DNA of 64,000 bases from Octopus sinensis (Eukaryota): positions 85,126,001 through 85,190,000 of the forward strand of contig NC_043003.1 of the NCBI RefSeq assembly GCF_006345805.1, read 5' to 3'. The translations under genes and the position numbers were made by a program. Under the pieces are notes generated by a model. The model did not search any database, was not told the origin of the DNA, and worked only from the letters and a program-made list of their open reading frames with translations. Of the stretch, positions 49,401 through 57,446 are shown in pieces. How positions within the stretch are numbered: the first letter of the stretch is position 1; each line of letters opens with the position of its first letter.

Positions 49401-50494
49401 TTGATAAAATAAATTATTAGTTAAGTTCTGGGGTCTCCAAAATTTGTGGCCTTATGCTAATATAAGAAATTGCCATTTCTTGGCTTGAATTGAAGAAGAT
49501 TGGTCTAATTACTTTGCAAGTAGTTAGCCACATGTCCTTACATTCTGAGTTCAGACCCTACAGAAGTGGATTCAGTTATAGCCCAGTGTTGATCAAATAA
49601 GTACCAGTAATAATACTGGATTCAACTCAGCTGAATATATCTCTCCTACAAATGGTGTGACTTTGTCCAAATGTAAGAAATTATTGTTGCTGTTCAACCC
49701 CAAGTTTCTAATTTATTAAAGGAAACTTGTGTGAAAGCCCATTGGAGGGATGGTTTCTATTTCTGAGTGGTAGACTTAACCTGTAACCAGCTTTAATATG
49801 GATATTTGGTCCTTAAGTGTAAACATTTGGGCAAGTTTCTGATCTGAAAATAATTTTATGTTTTCTTCTCTTCCTCCCAATTTTTTTGGAGCCTTTAAGT
49901 GGGTATCATAACCTCTGCCTTTCTTCCTCTGATTAAGTCAAAAAAATTTTTTGGAACAATAGGCAGAAAATTATCTCAGAGAGCATGATATTGCTGATGA
50001 ACACACTAACCCTTTTGTTACCAAATTCCTTTTGAAATGTGCTACTTTTGTTTTAATTAATTTTGGAAATAATTAAGATTTTAGTAAAACAACTTTGTCA
50101 TTATGAATCTGGCTTTTAGAACATAAATTAACATAAAAGTTTGATGAAAGGTTTTAATTTTGATCACTTTCAAACAGGAAGTTTATATTGTAGGACCAAG
50201 GCCAGTTTCAGGCAGGTTGGTACCAAAAGGGCCAAAAACTTTTCTGAGTCTAGAGACCTTATCTATAAAATCTTCATCATGGGAATCTTTCCAGTAAGGA
50301 ACAGTATTATGCCTCTCAATTTCCTTTATCTTTGCAGACTTCTGGAGCTGATTGAGAACTTTCGTGTGAGTTGGAAACGAAGATATATTGCAAAATTAGG
50401 TTTACTGGAAGCCACAAATTGCTTACAGAATGTGCTGACGCAATTAGTACCAAATGAAGATGCAGAGAAATTTTCTTCTTCTATTATAGGGTAA
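3907..50494 (+). CDS. Spliced gene (21 exons in window, 5'-incomplete): ankyrin-repeat + GH20 hexosaminidase-like protein, probably catalytically inactive
   Basis: Exons assembled by hand with AG acceptors and GT donors (one GC). Phases match at all 20 introns and give one open frame of 2687 nt ending in TAA at 50492-50494. Ankyrin motifs (GTLLHLA, NTPLHWA, CTPLHEA, GADVN) precede GH20 motifs (LLWPRPQ, ITDSPSLPYRGVLLDVS, MKFNQIHLY, FVCPGTAAWNS, GLAWN). Confidence 0.92.
5593..6245 (+). mobile_element. Penelope-like element 3' fragment: GIY-YIG endonuclease remnant, tRNA-like segment and hammerhead-like motif
   Basis: NCVNSIPCSCGRLYKGETCCPLKIRVEEH...SGIADHVW...KLKEA matches the Penelope GIY-YIG pattern VYxIPCxCGxxYIGET..LxxRxxEH; internal TGA stop. 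Confidence 0.85.
6126..6169 (+). ncRNA. Degenerate minimal hammerhead motif
   Basis: ACAC-CTGATGA-A-GGCTG-(10 nt)-CAGCT-GAAA-CA-TT-GTAT. The core is intact; stem I and the stem III palindrome each carry a mismatch. Confidence 0.55.
6441..6595 (+). CDS. Exon 2: LGEADIVRTLLSAGADPGIHNKNQRIPLDLAMSENVRIVFNEELLQATAHS (ankyrin)
   Basis: ttttcgattatag / GTTAGT; phase 0 to 2; completes the ankyrin repeat begun in exon 1. Confidence 0.92.
6667..7864. mobile_element. Possible old hAT-like non-autonomous element
   Basis: 17-bp TIRs CAGTGATTCTCAAAGTG / CACTTTGGAAATCACTG (15/17 match); no recognisable TSD. Confidence 0.5.
6776..6916 (+). pseudogene. Decayed duplicate of exon 2 (pseudo-exon)
   Basis: gaggttggtattgtatgcactttgctctc...aatgaagaacttctgcatgcaactgaacat aligns along exon 6441-6595. 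It has an in-frame TAA and small deletions. Confidence 0.85.
8166..8557 (-). mobile_element. Non-autonomous Helitron
   Basis: The minus strand starts A|TCTTTCTATATAAAAG and ends with the hairpin CCCGAGCAACGCCAGG then CTAG|T; inserted between A and T with no TSD. Confidence 0.85.
9400..10330 (-). mobile_element. Decayed RTE-clade LINE 3' fragment (split by SINE A)
   Basis: Minus strand MLKVSYAERVTNIEGLR...RKLLNDIR*QQAQFIGNPIRRDNLEHLKTTEKLQG resembles the RTE C-terminus. Confidence 0.7.
9793..10190 (-). mobile_element. tRNA-derived SINE family A with 14-bp TSD
   Basis: TSD ACACAACTATATGT at 9779-9792 and 10191-10204; interrupts an RTE fragment. Confidence 0.92.
10399..10529 (+). CDS. Exon 3: NMGRVCQLLASGLDVNLKDSSESQNTPLHWASCYASRDMVQCLC (ankyrin)
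   Basis: ttttcttcag / GTAAGA; phase 2 to 1; TPLH motif. Confidence 0.95.
10973..11108 (+). CDS. Exon 4: [46 protein letters not shown] (ankyrin)
   Basis: atttctag / GTAAGA; phase 1 to 2; canonical ankyrin consensus. Confidence 0.95.
11229..11640 (-). mobile_element. tRNA-derived SINE family B (CORE-like motif, central TA/TG microsatellite)
   Basis: Head ggcgcaggagtggctgtgtggtaag...gggttcagtccc followed by (A/T)CCTTGGGCAAGT, which resembles the CORE-SINE motif; possibly octopus OR2 (unverified). Other copies at ~226-608(-), 25199-25612(-), 29915-30305(+), 40275-40688(-), 43697-44082(+). Confidence 0.85.
13462..13574 (+). CDS. Exon 5: DNIGKSALDLADRSAILLSLLQNPPTKHSKKQFQDIL (terminal half ankyrin)
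   Basis: ttccttacag / GTAAGT; phase 2 to 1. Confidence 0.9.
15585..15745 (+). CDS. Exon 6: Ser/Pro-rich linker TEDFALSESVIQNS...PPASSGSKIQELSSQV
   Basis: Long pyrimidine tract + CAG / GTAAGT; phase 1 to 0; open frame. Confidence 0.85.
17552..17711 (+). CDS. Exon 7: KELECLPMFSKTVVTEEQLSLLWPRPQSIVQKEGNHFVPDEVLHIYLSTMSDI (start of GH20 domain 2)
   Basis: cttcctacag / GTAAGT; phase 0 to 1; LWPxPQ motif typical of the hexosaminidase N-terminal domain. Confidence 0.9.
18388..18572 (+). CDS. Exon 8: SIHSVAQVWNCRKFMF...VEKASYKIIIQSFQ (GH20 domain 2)
   Basis: tttttaaacag / GTAAAC; phase 1 to 0; SYKIII resembles the E-x-Y-x-L-x-I strand. Confidence 0.88.
19520..23155 (-). mobile_element. Decayed R4/Dong-clade non-LTR retrotransposon (N-terminus + RT), interrupted by SINE D and its array at ~19943-20970
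   Basis: MKWTREDY..., PPKWK, LKAQKLRR..KFYQQNKIF, WIDYRKAYDIVPHNW, IFQGDSLSPLLFC, INHLFYMDDLKLFA, HPKANVDHLYLPRSNGGRG; many stops and frameshifts. Confidence 0.88.
20112..20843. repeat. Tandem array of twelve 60-63-bp GC-rich units inside a family-D element
   Basis: Units start at GTGCTTTTACGT: 20112, 20175, 20235, 20296, 20358, 20418, 20479, 20540, 20601, 20662, 20722, 20783. Confidence 0.95.
23698..23808 (+). CDS. Exon 9: VKILAHDIQSLSYAIITLSQLFNLYKTESGISIPLLE
   Basis: cttttgtag / GTAAGT; phase 0 to 0; matches the GxxYAxxTLxQL helix of GH20 domain 2. Confidence 0.92.
25199..25612 (-). mobile_element. SINE family B, full length
   Basis: Colinear with 11229-11640. Confidence 0.88.
26002..26073 (+). 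CDS. Exon 10: ITDSPSLPYRGVLLDVSKGRVPNI (GH20 barrel strand 1)
   Basis: ctttgcttag / GTAAGT; IxDxPxxxYRGxxLDxS signature. Confidence 0.95.
26200..27150 (+). mobile_element. Internally deleted Tx1/L1-like LINE remnant
   Basis: ORF1 zinc knuckle RRPHCFICGETTHL*AFCP, then RT start DNFRPITLLNTEFKILA...HDNLYFMQYIIE, then C-terminal DNFQKSLAWQC. Confidence 0.7.
27343..27393 (+). CDS. Exon 11: ETLKNMLDNIAYMKFNQ
   Basis: tctgttacag / GTACTA; 51 nt, phase 0 to 0; GH20 lDxxAxxKxN motif. Confidence 0.92.
27955..28372 (-). mobile_element. Possible Helitron-type non-autonomous fragment
   Basis: The minus strand starts ATCTATATATAC and has an internal aataactactggtccgattt motif; no 3' CTAG end seen. Confidence 0.35.
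28737..28801 (+). CDS. Exon 12: IHLYTRFRYQTSSAWQLCYSC
   Basis: ttctcttcag / GTATGT; phase 0 to 2. Confidence 0.88.
29915..30305 (+). mobile_element. SINE family B nested in an older family-A-like copy (~29870-30490, minus)
   Basis: Family-A-like sequence stops at ~29915 and resumes at ~30306. Confidence 0.8.
30597..30743 (+). CDS. Exon 13: SELLEIDKFCMDRGMQLIPAVDVHPSVQFEDLPFLQCVFYDYISHFTNS
   Basis: cctattgcag / GTAAGT; phase 2 to 2; matches the GH20 EIxxxxxYxxxRGIxxIP pattern. Confidence 0.92.
31602..32100. mobile_element. hAT (Charlie-like) MITE with nested SINE D
   Basis: CAGTGGTTCTCAGCC ... GGTTGAGAACC ends; body similar to 40093-40722. Confidence 0.7.
33632..35979 (-). mobile_element. 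Tc1/mariner DD37D (maT) transposon, decayed, interrupted by a CR1-like LINE
   Basis: TA-flanked imperfect TIRs CAGGGTACGGTGAATAAACTGTCA / TGACAATTTACCCATCGCACCCTG. Motifs FSDEKNF, WQQDSEPCH and WPPSSPDCNPLDYYVW, with 37 residues counted between the 2nd and 3rd Asp; frameshifted. Confidence 0.92.
33892..34938 (+). mobile_element. 5'-truncated CR1/Jockey-group LINE (RT C-half), (TAAC)n tail
   Basis: SGVPQGSVLGPLLFLVFINDL, LFADD, LERVQRLATR, RRRRGDLI, WNKLP; open frame; TSD ACAAGTA at 33885-33891 and 34939-34945. Confidence 0.95.
36070..36271 (+). CDS. Exon 14: DFINVGSRLTSFLLEYP...QRLPPHLMFGEYGTQ (contains the position of the GH20 catalytic motif)
   Basis: catctacag / GTAAGA; phase 2 to 0. Confidence 0.9.
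37351..37397 (+). CDS. Exon 15: ATYNFVPHCKRLSEYG
   Basis: ttctttcatag / GTAAGT; 47 nt, phase 0 to 2; needed to keep the frame. Confidence 0.88.
38406..38634 (+). CDS. Exon 16: FGFFVCPGTAAWNSLAGFPEAAVANIFNAAK...WPGFVITAGLAWNKDIHW
   Basis: gattttag / GTAAGT; phase 2 to 0; last barrel strands. Confidence 0.95.
40093..40722. mobile_element. hAT (Charlie-like) MITE with nested SINE B
   Basis: TIRs CAGTGGTTCTCAAC / GTTAAAAACCACTG; 8-bp TSD ATGTAGAT / ATCTAGAT (NTCTAGAN-type target). Confidence 0.85.
41140..41449 (+). mobile_element. SINE-like family D (gtgccggtggcacgtaaaaagcac...ggaagggcatccagc...(GAT)n tail)
   Basis: Near-identical copies at 1-42 (tail only), 19943-20850(-), 23400-23668, 31735-31993(-), 47993-48180(-), 48701-48952, 56893-57199. 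Confidence 0.85.
41891..42413. mobile_element. Tc2/pogo-like MITE
   Basis: TA-flanked ~25-bp TIRs CCGTAAATCCTTGAGTATAGTCCGC / GCGGATTATACTCGAGGATTTACAG; no ORF. Confidence 0.85.
42891..43026 (+). CDS. Exon 17: EFLQSNLADLMNKHIFRDDSSVFGQVIIELGRIETYVYRCSQKKQ
   Basis: cttatttcag / GTAGGA; phase 0 to 1. Confidence 0.9.
43697..44082 (+). mobile_element. SINE family B, full length
   Basis: Reverse complement of the 11229 and 25199 copies. Confidence 0.88.
44176..44282 (+). CDS. Exon 18: DDDQTSLPCENGSTLTNFLVRPDETRLEDLTADILQ
   Basis: cttttttttag / GTAAGG; phase 1 to 0. Confidence 0.9.
45619..45743 (+). CDS. Exon 19: RANRLLRKHQSDVTSIQLNCPQSKEIISEVLLTTDMMILAVR (GC donor)
   Basis: aattgaag acceptor; donor CG|GCAAGT gives the phase 2 that the next exon requires. 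Confidence 0.82.
49106..49222 (+). CDS. Exon 20: IGRAMVTAGRNPDPLSGLRIVNLGITNLTATGKTDLANR
   Basis: cataacag / AG|GTTTTT; phase 2 to 2. Confidence 0.85.
50338..50494 (+). CDS. Exon 21 (last coding): LLELIENFRVSWKRRYIAKLGLLEATNCLQNVLTQLVPNEDAEKFSSSIIG*
   Basis: tatctttgcag acceptor, phase 2 start, TAA at 50492-50494. Confidence 0.9.
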
Positions 50495-50932
50495 AGGATT
50501 GATTGAGAAGACTCTAAATTATTGCTGGGACCAATATTTTATATTTTTGTCTTTGTATCTCTTTCCTTATCTCTATCATCCTACACTTATAGCTAGGGAC
50601 TTTTGGATCTATAAATCTCACATTTTTGTGTTTCTATCTAAACTATATTTCTATCACAACTGTCACTAAAATATATTGGCTAGTGACAGACTGGCTACAT
50701 TGGTATAAAGTGGATCAGAAATGCCTGTGTTGACGTGTTGAGAGATAAAGTAATGATCAACACTTCTCTGTTAAGCCTCACCATCATTAATCTCTTATAT
50801 TTATATTTCCAAAAACATTTTGATCAGTCTCTCTATTGAATGAGCTGATAGTAATGTGATATGAAATGTAGCACAGATTAAAAGAATGTGAGAAAAAAAA
50901 AAGCTTCATACAACTTTTAATTCATCTCAAAA

Positions 50933-50938
50933 AATAAA
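50933..50938 (+). promoter_or_regulatory. Candidate polyadenylation signal (AATAAA)
   Basis: First AATAAA I noticed after the stop, followed by T-rich sequence. Others occur further on (e.g. 52835-52840), so the real 3' end is undetermined. Confidence 0.3.
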
Positions 50939-52039
50939 TTTTAGTTTTTGAATATCATTTATTAATGGGGGTTTCATATGGGACAATTGTTACTTGCAGA
51001 GATTCGTTCTTATTTATTATTTTCATTTTGGGAAATATCTTAAGATTATTTTGTTATAATTTTCAGATTGTTTTTCTTTTAAAGTTATTTATTTTTCTGT
51101 GATGCATTCTTGTAATTATACGTCCATGACCACAAGCTTTATATTTTTATTTTTGCTCATATATATTTCTGTGATCTGCTGTTTTATTTGGTTGGTTAAA
51201 TACAAAGGTTTATTTTTAAATTATTTATTCATTTTCATTTTTATCATTTGGATGCTGCTGCTTTTTTTTTTGTTTTTTGTTTTAGAGGTGCTACAATATT
51301 TGTAGAGATTGGTGACATAATGTGTATACTCTCTCTGGGTATTGCTATAATATATATAGTCACTACTGCAGTATATGTAATCACTAATGACTTAGTGTAT
51401 AGACTCTATTACTACTGTAATATATTTAGGTACTGGTGACATCTGGTGAACAGTGGGAATATCTTATGGATAACTGCTACAACACTTATATGATGACACT
51501 GACATCTAGTGGACACTTCTACAACAGTAATATATGTAGACACTGGTGGCATCTAATGGACATTGTTAAAGCAAGAATAACACATATAGTTAATTAGTTT
51601 AGGTATGTTCATATGCCAGTGATAGAAGAGCAGTCTTATATTTCTAGACTGGCTCTCTGTCTGAGAGCTGTTGAAAAATCTCATTCCTCTCAGGTGAAGA
51701 ATAAATCCTGAAATACTATCTTTCTCTTCTGCTCTGATAGACAAACTTGTCAAAATTCATCAACTTCACTGTATGATATTTACTAACATAGACCACCACC
51801 AATACTAGTTTCCTCAGATTCTGTTTTTAATGTAACTACTGGTAACAAGTAGTGATGTGACACTTGACTTGCTTTCTATGGAGACTGTTACGGCTAGGAT
51901 ATATGATTGTTACTACAGCAATTCCTGTGATATGATGGTGTGTAAGCAGGGCTATTACTTAATGTCGATCGTTGTACTTGCAATACACTGGTGATATACT
52001 TTCTGCAAGCAGATACATTATGATAGAGGCAATGCCATG

Positions 52040-52452
52040 TAGAGATCTCTACATCTGTAATACAGGCAATGCTTTGTATGTAGTGTAACGAATCTCTACA
52101 TTTGTAATACAGACAATGTTGTTCTGTATGCAGTATAGTGATCTCTACATTTATAATACAAGTAATATGATGTAATATACAATGTAGAGATCTCATCATT
52201 TGTAATACAGGTTATTTTATGTAATATACAGTGAAGAAATGTCTGCATTTGTAATACAGGCAGCACTCTAACATTTGTTATACAGATCTTTACACTTGTA
52301 AAAAACAAATGCAGTACTATGTGATATACAATGTAGGTTATCTCTTCATTTGTAATATAGGTCATATTCTGTACACTATACAAATTTCTACACTTGTTAA
52401 AAAAGGCAGTACTATGTGATATACAACACAGGGATCTCTACATTTGTGATAA
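52040..52452. repeat. Degenerate ~45-50-bp minisatellite (core atctctacatttgtaatacag), about 9 units
   Basis: The core recurs at ~52044, 52092, 52141, 52190 and onward. Confidence 0.75.
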
Positions 52453-53361
52453 GAAATATTACTGGGTTGTTGTCGTCACAAAAGATTGATGCAGTTATAG
52501 TATAACTAACATTGTGTAACGGTGGTGGCTGGTCACTTTATGAAGGTCATTAGGTTTGGTTTGTAAGTCACGCAATGTAAGATAACATTCTTTGTTGAGG
52601 TCATCTGTGATTCGAGCAACATCGGAGAACTTAGTTTCAAGAAAGATTGCTAGGATTTGTGATAAATGCAAAGAATCAAGGTTGCTTTGTAGAAAGATCA
52701 CAGAAATGGATAAACACTGCCAGAATTGAGACAACATTGTGGGTACATCATGCTTTTTATTTTCTTTCTTATAAAATTTTAAAAGGAAAAAAAAAAAGAA
52801 AAAGAAATTGGAGAAAATAAATTAAATAACAAAAAATAAAGGAATCATAATTCCAGGTAAAATATGTTTGTTAATATAATTTGCAATTCTTTTTTCCAAA
52901 CAATCATAAATAACTAAGATGTTGGATAAATGTTTGAAAGGAGAGAGAAATATTTATTTTTAGGTGTGTTAAATGGTGTTTTTGAGGGATTCTTTTTATT
53001 CAGTCTGTGAATATTTTTGTCTAGATAGGGAAGGGAGACATTTTTTTTTTTTTCTTTAATCATTTTACTACCTTCTGGCTGCTATATGAAAGTGTGAAAC
53101 ACATAGATGGTGGCTGTACTTCATGACTAGTCAAAGAATTTCCACTTGATGGTGGATACCTGTTTTTAATGTGGAATGAGATGCTGAACTGAGTAAACTG
53201 GGATTTGAACTTTGGTTCAAATCCAATGGCAACATTGGTCACAGAGACAAAACTATTGGAGTAGTAGTGGTTTTCTCCAAAGCCACAAGAAGAGTTGAAC
53301 TTAACACTGCTTGTGTGCTTATTTCCTTGATTCCACCTCTGCCTCCTTTTCTTCTTTTTTT

Positions 53362-53580
53362 TTGCTGTTGTTGTTGTTGTTATTAAGCAACAAGACAGGT
53401 AAGGGTAATGGTCTAGGGCTTAGGGGCGGGAGACCCCAGACCTTGAAAAAAAAAAAAACTTTGGCATCTTGTTGTAGTCAAGGGTTCTTCGCTGACACCC
53501 GACACCACTGGGAGGTGGCCCTCGAAGTCGCTGGAAATGGAGATCTCCAGGTCCAAATTCTTGGATGGCTGCTGCTGCTA
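53362..53580. repeat. Unclassified ~210-bp GC-rich interspersed repeat; inverted copy at ~61950-62175
   Basis: ggggcgggagaccccagaccttg...ggagatctccaggtccaaattctt is the reverse complement of 61971-62112. Confidence 0.85.
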
Positions 53581-55229
53581 AATTTTGTTCAGTCCAATCT
53601 AGATGCATTTCTCTCTATCTTCATTATATATAGCTGGAGTCAGCAGAAGTGCTTAGTTCTTACATTAATGGTCGTCTCATTCTAAGGGGTTTTTTAGATT
53701 ATGACTCTATGCCACACTGATACATGTATCCCAATTTATTGGGTGTAATTTAGGCTCCACCAACACTGGTTCTCAGTTAAGACATTTCAACTTTCATCTA
53801 CTTACATCTACCCCTGATGGTAACAGTTTACTTTTGTTGTGGATGATTAATTTTACAGTGCCCCTATTACCTCTTCTGGGCTAGATGAGCTAAAGTACGT
53901 GAGAGTTGATTATCTAAGCCAGGGACTTTACCCAATGCTAGCAATAGGACATGGACTACTAACCTTCCGCCTGGTTGTTTGTTACTCTGTCTATATTTCC
54001 ATTCACACTCTCACATATACATGCATACTTATATTGTAATAGTTTGTTTTTGGTTTGGACTTCCTTCTGTTTGTACAATGAATAGAAGTATAACTCAGAT
54101 TCCAAACCAGCCTACATAATTCATCTAGCAGACCATGATTTGCTGGGAGCCTATCACTATGAGTCTACTTCTGAACTAATTGCTGTACATAGAAAAATAT
54201 TCTGTATGTGTGAGAGAGAAAGAGAGAGAGACACACAGAGGAAGCGTTCATCATGTACGTGTTTGAATTACCACACTAAACTGGCAGAATTGTTAGAGCA
54301 TTGAAAGAATGCTTTGTGGCACTTGTTTTGGTTCTTTACAGTCTGAATTCAAATCTTGCTGGTGTCAGCTTTGCCTTTTATGCTTTCGGGGTTGAGAAAA
54401 TGAAGTACCAGTAAAATATTAGAGGTGATGGTTCCAACTGATCGCTTTGTCTCAGAATTGCTGGCCTTGTGCCTAAACCAGAAACAAAACAATTCCTCAT
54501 GCTGATGACCATATGGATGAACAATATACAATGAGTACTATGCAGGGTATCAAATTCCATCCACTGTAGTATAAAAATCAGTATTGACTACCACTCTAGA
54601 TACACCACTAGAAGATTACCTGTACTGGATACTGAATTAAAGATTGAAAATGTAGTCATCAATGTAACACCCAAATCATAAATAGTCCACTTGCATTATA
54701 GAAAACCCATACTGAACCCATTAATCAGAGAAGACTGAATTGGAAACTAAAAACTGGACTTACTAAAAGCAGAACTCTTAAGAGTAATTAATATGACAAT
54801 AACACTTTTAAAACTGGTTGCAAAATATGTGCTACATACCCATATATTTACTGTAAAGTTAAAAATATTGTATACTGTATAAAGTGTCAAGAAGTTCAGT
54901 GAGCATTGGAACAGCAATACTGAAAAATAACCCTCAGGATTAAAATGGCATAGTTTTTCTATATATATTACAGTTATGTTGAAACAGGTGATACAGGGAA
55001 AGTGCAGCATTGATGGCAAAACATTTGTGGAGTAAATGATGGGCTAATTCGACTAAGCAACTTTTCATTCATCCATTTGGAGTATTCCAGGCCCTAACGA
55101 GTCATGGAAAATTGGAGGTATGTGATTTTTGAACACACCGAAAAGCTGTCAGTGGTGAATATCCTCTCTTTTGTGGCAGTCGGCGCTGCATCTAACATGA
55201 CCCATTGTCTGATGTTTTGACACCTTGTT

Positions 55230-55990
55230 TGGGTTTGTCATCCTACATCTCTCATAAAGTAAATTTGGAGGAACTGTGGTTGTTCATTCGTGAATAACAT
55301 GGAACCAATGAGGTGATAGACTTGCCCTTGAACTTTGAACATTGGCATAAATCCAAGTTCAACTATCTCCTTAGATGCACCAAACAATGTCATTTGAAAT
55401 GCAGAGTTGTCTGATATTGTTCAGAAAATCCTTTGACTGGATGGAAGTGCCTTCCAGATCTATAAGAGGTTGAGGAGGAGCTGGTAATGCTGGCAATCTT
55501 ACCTCACCGCCTGAGCAGCGCATGCCATTAGTTTCATCTGGAAATTTTAAAGCTTTGCAGAAATTACAATTTGAGTTTAACACACCAATTTGGACAAGAA
55601 TGGGATGGATATATCTGAAAGGAGCTCCAGGATTTGTGAAGAGCGAATTTGTATGTAGTCTGTTTCTGAGACCTCTAATCATGAAAACATTATTTTAATA
55701 ATTCGGCATTAAGTTCTGCAGCATGCATGCATTTGCTGATCTTGGGAAAGTCTCATCTCCCTTCTATATTCATAATCCATCTAATGTGCTACAGCATGCC
55801 TTTGCTGATCTTGAGAAAGTCTCATCTCGCTTCTGTCTTGAGACTCCATTTGATGTACTGCAGCATGCGTTTGATGATCTTAAGAAAGTCTCATCTCACT
55901 TCTCATGTGCTGCAGTATGCATTTGCTGATCTTGGGTAAGTCTCATCTCCTTTATCTCTTGAGACTCTCACCTTTGGTCTTCTACAATCC
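55230..55990 (-). mobile_element. Helitron Rep-helicase N-terminal fragment
   Basis: IGVLNSNCNFCKALKFPDETNGMRCSGGEVRLP...SKDFLNNIR(fs)..FQMT.FGA...FMPMFKVQGQVYHLIGS...PQFLQIYF, a recognisable Helitron N-terminal region. Confidence 0.88.
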
Positions 55991-56367
55991 TCCTTTCTTT
56001 ATACTTGCTTCTAGAGAGATTACATCTTTTCTTTGGTGGTGTATTATTGTTAACCAAAAAATTATATACATAGAAGAAATTATACAGTAATCTCTATTAT
56101 TGTAAGCAGTTGTATGTATATAGTGTGTCTTTATTTTTTGTATGCAGAATAAATTAACCAAATAGCAGCACATGTATGAACTACTAATTTAACGGTAAAT
56201 GTACTTTATGTACCTTGGACCTGCTACCATCCATTCTGTCAGTCAACGCACATACACTGACACACCATTTCGCTGTTTTGGCCATAAAGATGGAAAGTTG
56301 CCAATGTGTAATGTTGTTCACATTAGGATGTAATTAGAATTAAAAGTGAGACAATATTATAAGTCAA

Positions 56368-56580
56368 CAAGCTGGCAGAAACGTTAGCACGCCGGGCGAA
56401 ATGCTTAGCAATATTTCGTCTGTCTTTATATTCTGAGTTCAAATTCCGCTGAGGTCAACTTTGTTTTTCATCCTTTCAGAGTTGATAAACTAAGCACCAG
56501 TTGCATATTGGGGTCGATCTAATTGACTGGCCCCCTCCCCCAAAATTTCGGGCCTTGTGCCTGGAGTAGAAAAGAATATT
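56368..56580 (+). mobile_element. SINE family C (gagctggcagaa...ttctgagttcaaattcc...tttcatcctttc...aagtaccag), ATT-type tail
   Basis: B-box-like GAGTTCAAATTCC. Related copies at ~6960-7178, 13730-13915(-), 23155-23310, 47059-47280, 54275-54485, 60800-60895, 62908-63030(-). Confidence 0.8.
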
Positions 56581-57446
56581 ATAGTCTTATGACATTAGAA
56601 TTAAAAGTCAATCTTATATCACATTACAATATAGATGTTCTTCTTTCACTTTTGACATGTAATGCCGAACCAGTTCCAATGTTGTATTGTTTTAACCCAA
56701 ATGAAAAAAGAATTACATGTTGACATTCACAGGGTCTGATACTATACCAAGTAAAATTTTATATGATTTGGTTGAGCCATTAGAGAATGCATTGGGAACA
56801 GAGAGACAAAGAATTTTATATATATAGATATATATATATATATATCGTATATGTATGTGCACTTATATATATATCCAACTGCAGTTGTGATCCCTGTGCC
56901 GGTGGCACATAAAAAGCACCATCCGAACGTGGCCGATGTCAGCGCCGCCTAGACTGGCTTCCGTGCCGGTGGCATGTAAAAAGCACCAATCTGATCGTGG
57001 CCGTTGCCAGCCTCACCTGGCACGTAAAAAGCACCCACTACACTCTCAGAGTGGTTGGCGTTAGGAAGGGCATCCAGCTGTAGAAACACTGCCAGATCAG
57101 ACTGGAGCCTGGTGCAGCCTTCTGGCTTCCCAGATCCCCGGTCGAACCATCCAACCCATGCTAGCATGGAGAACAGACGTTAAATGATGAAGATGATGAC
57201 AAACACATATATAAGGTTTAGTGACATTATTTTTTGATTAATTTATGTCCCACCATTTTTAACATGTCTAAAATATAATTCAATCTACATAACATATTTT
57301 TATAGACTTTTACCACGAGTACATGCGTACTAAAATATGTACTGTTTGTACATAGCGGACAGATATGCATACATTCCAGTGGTGTGGTATGGGGTCATGC
57401 AGATTCCTCAGAGCAGCCACTTTTATGTATGAGCATTTCCTGTAAT

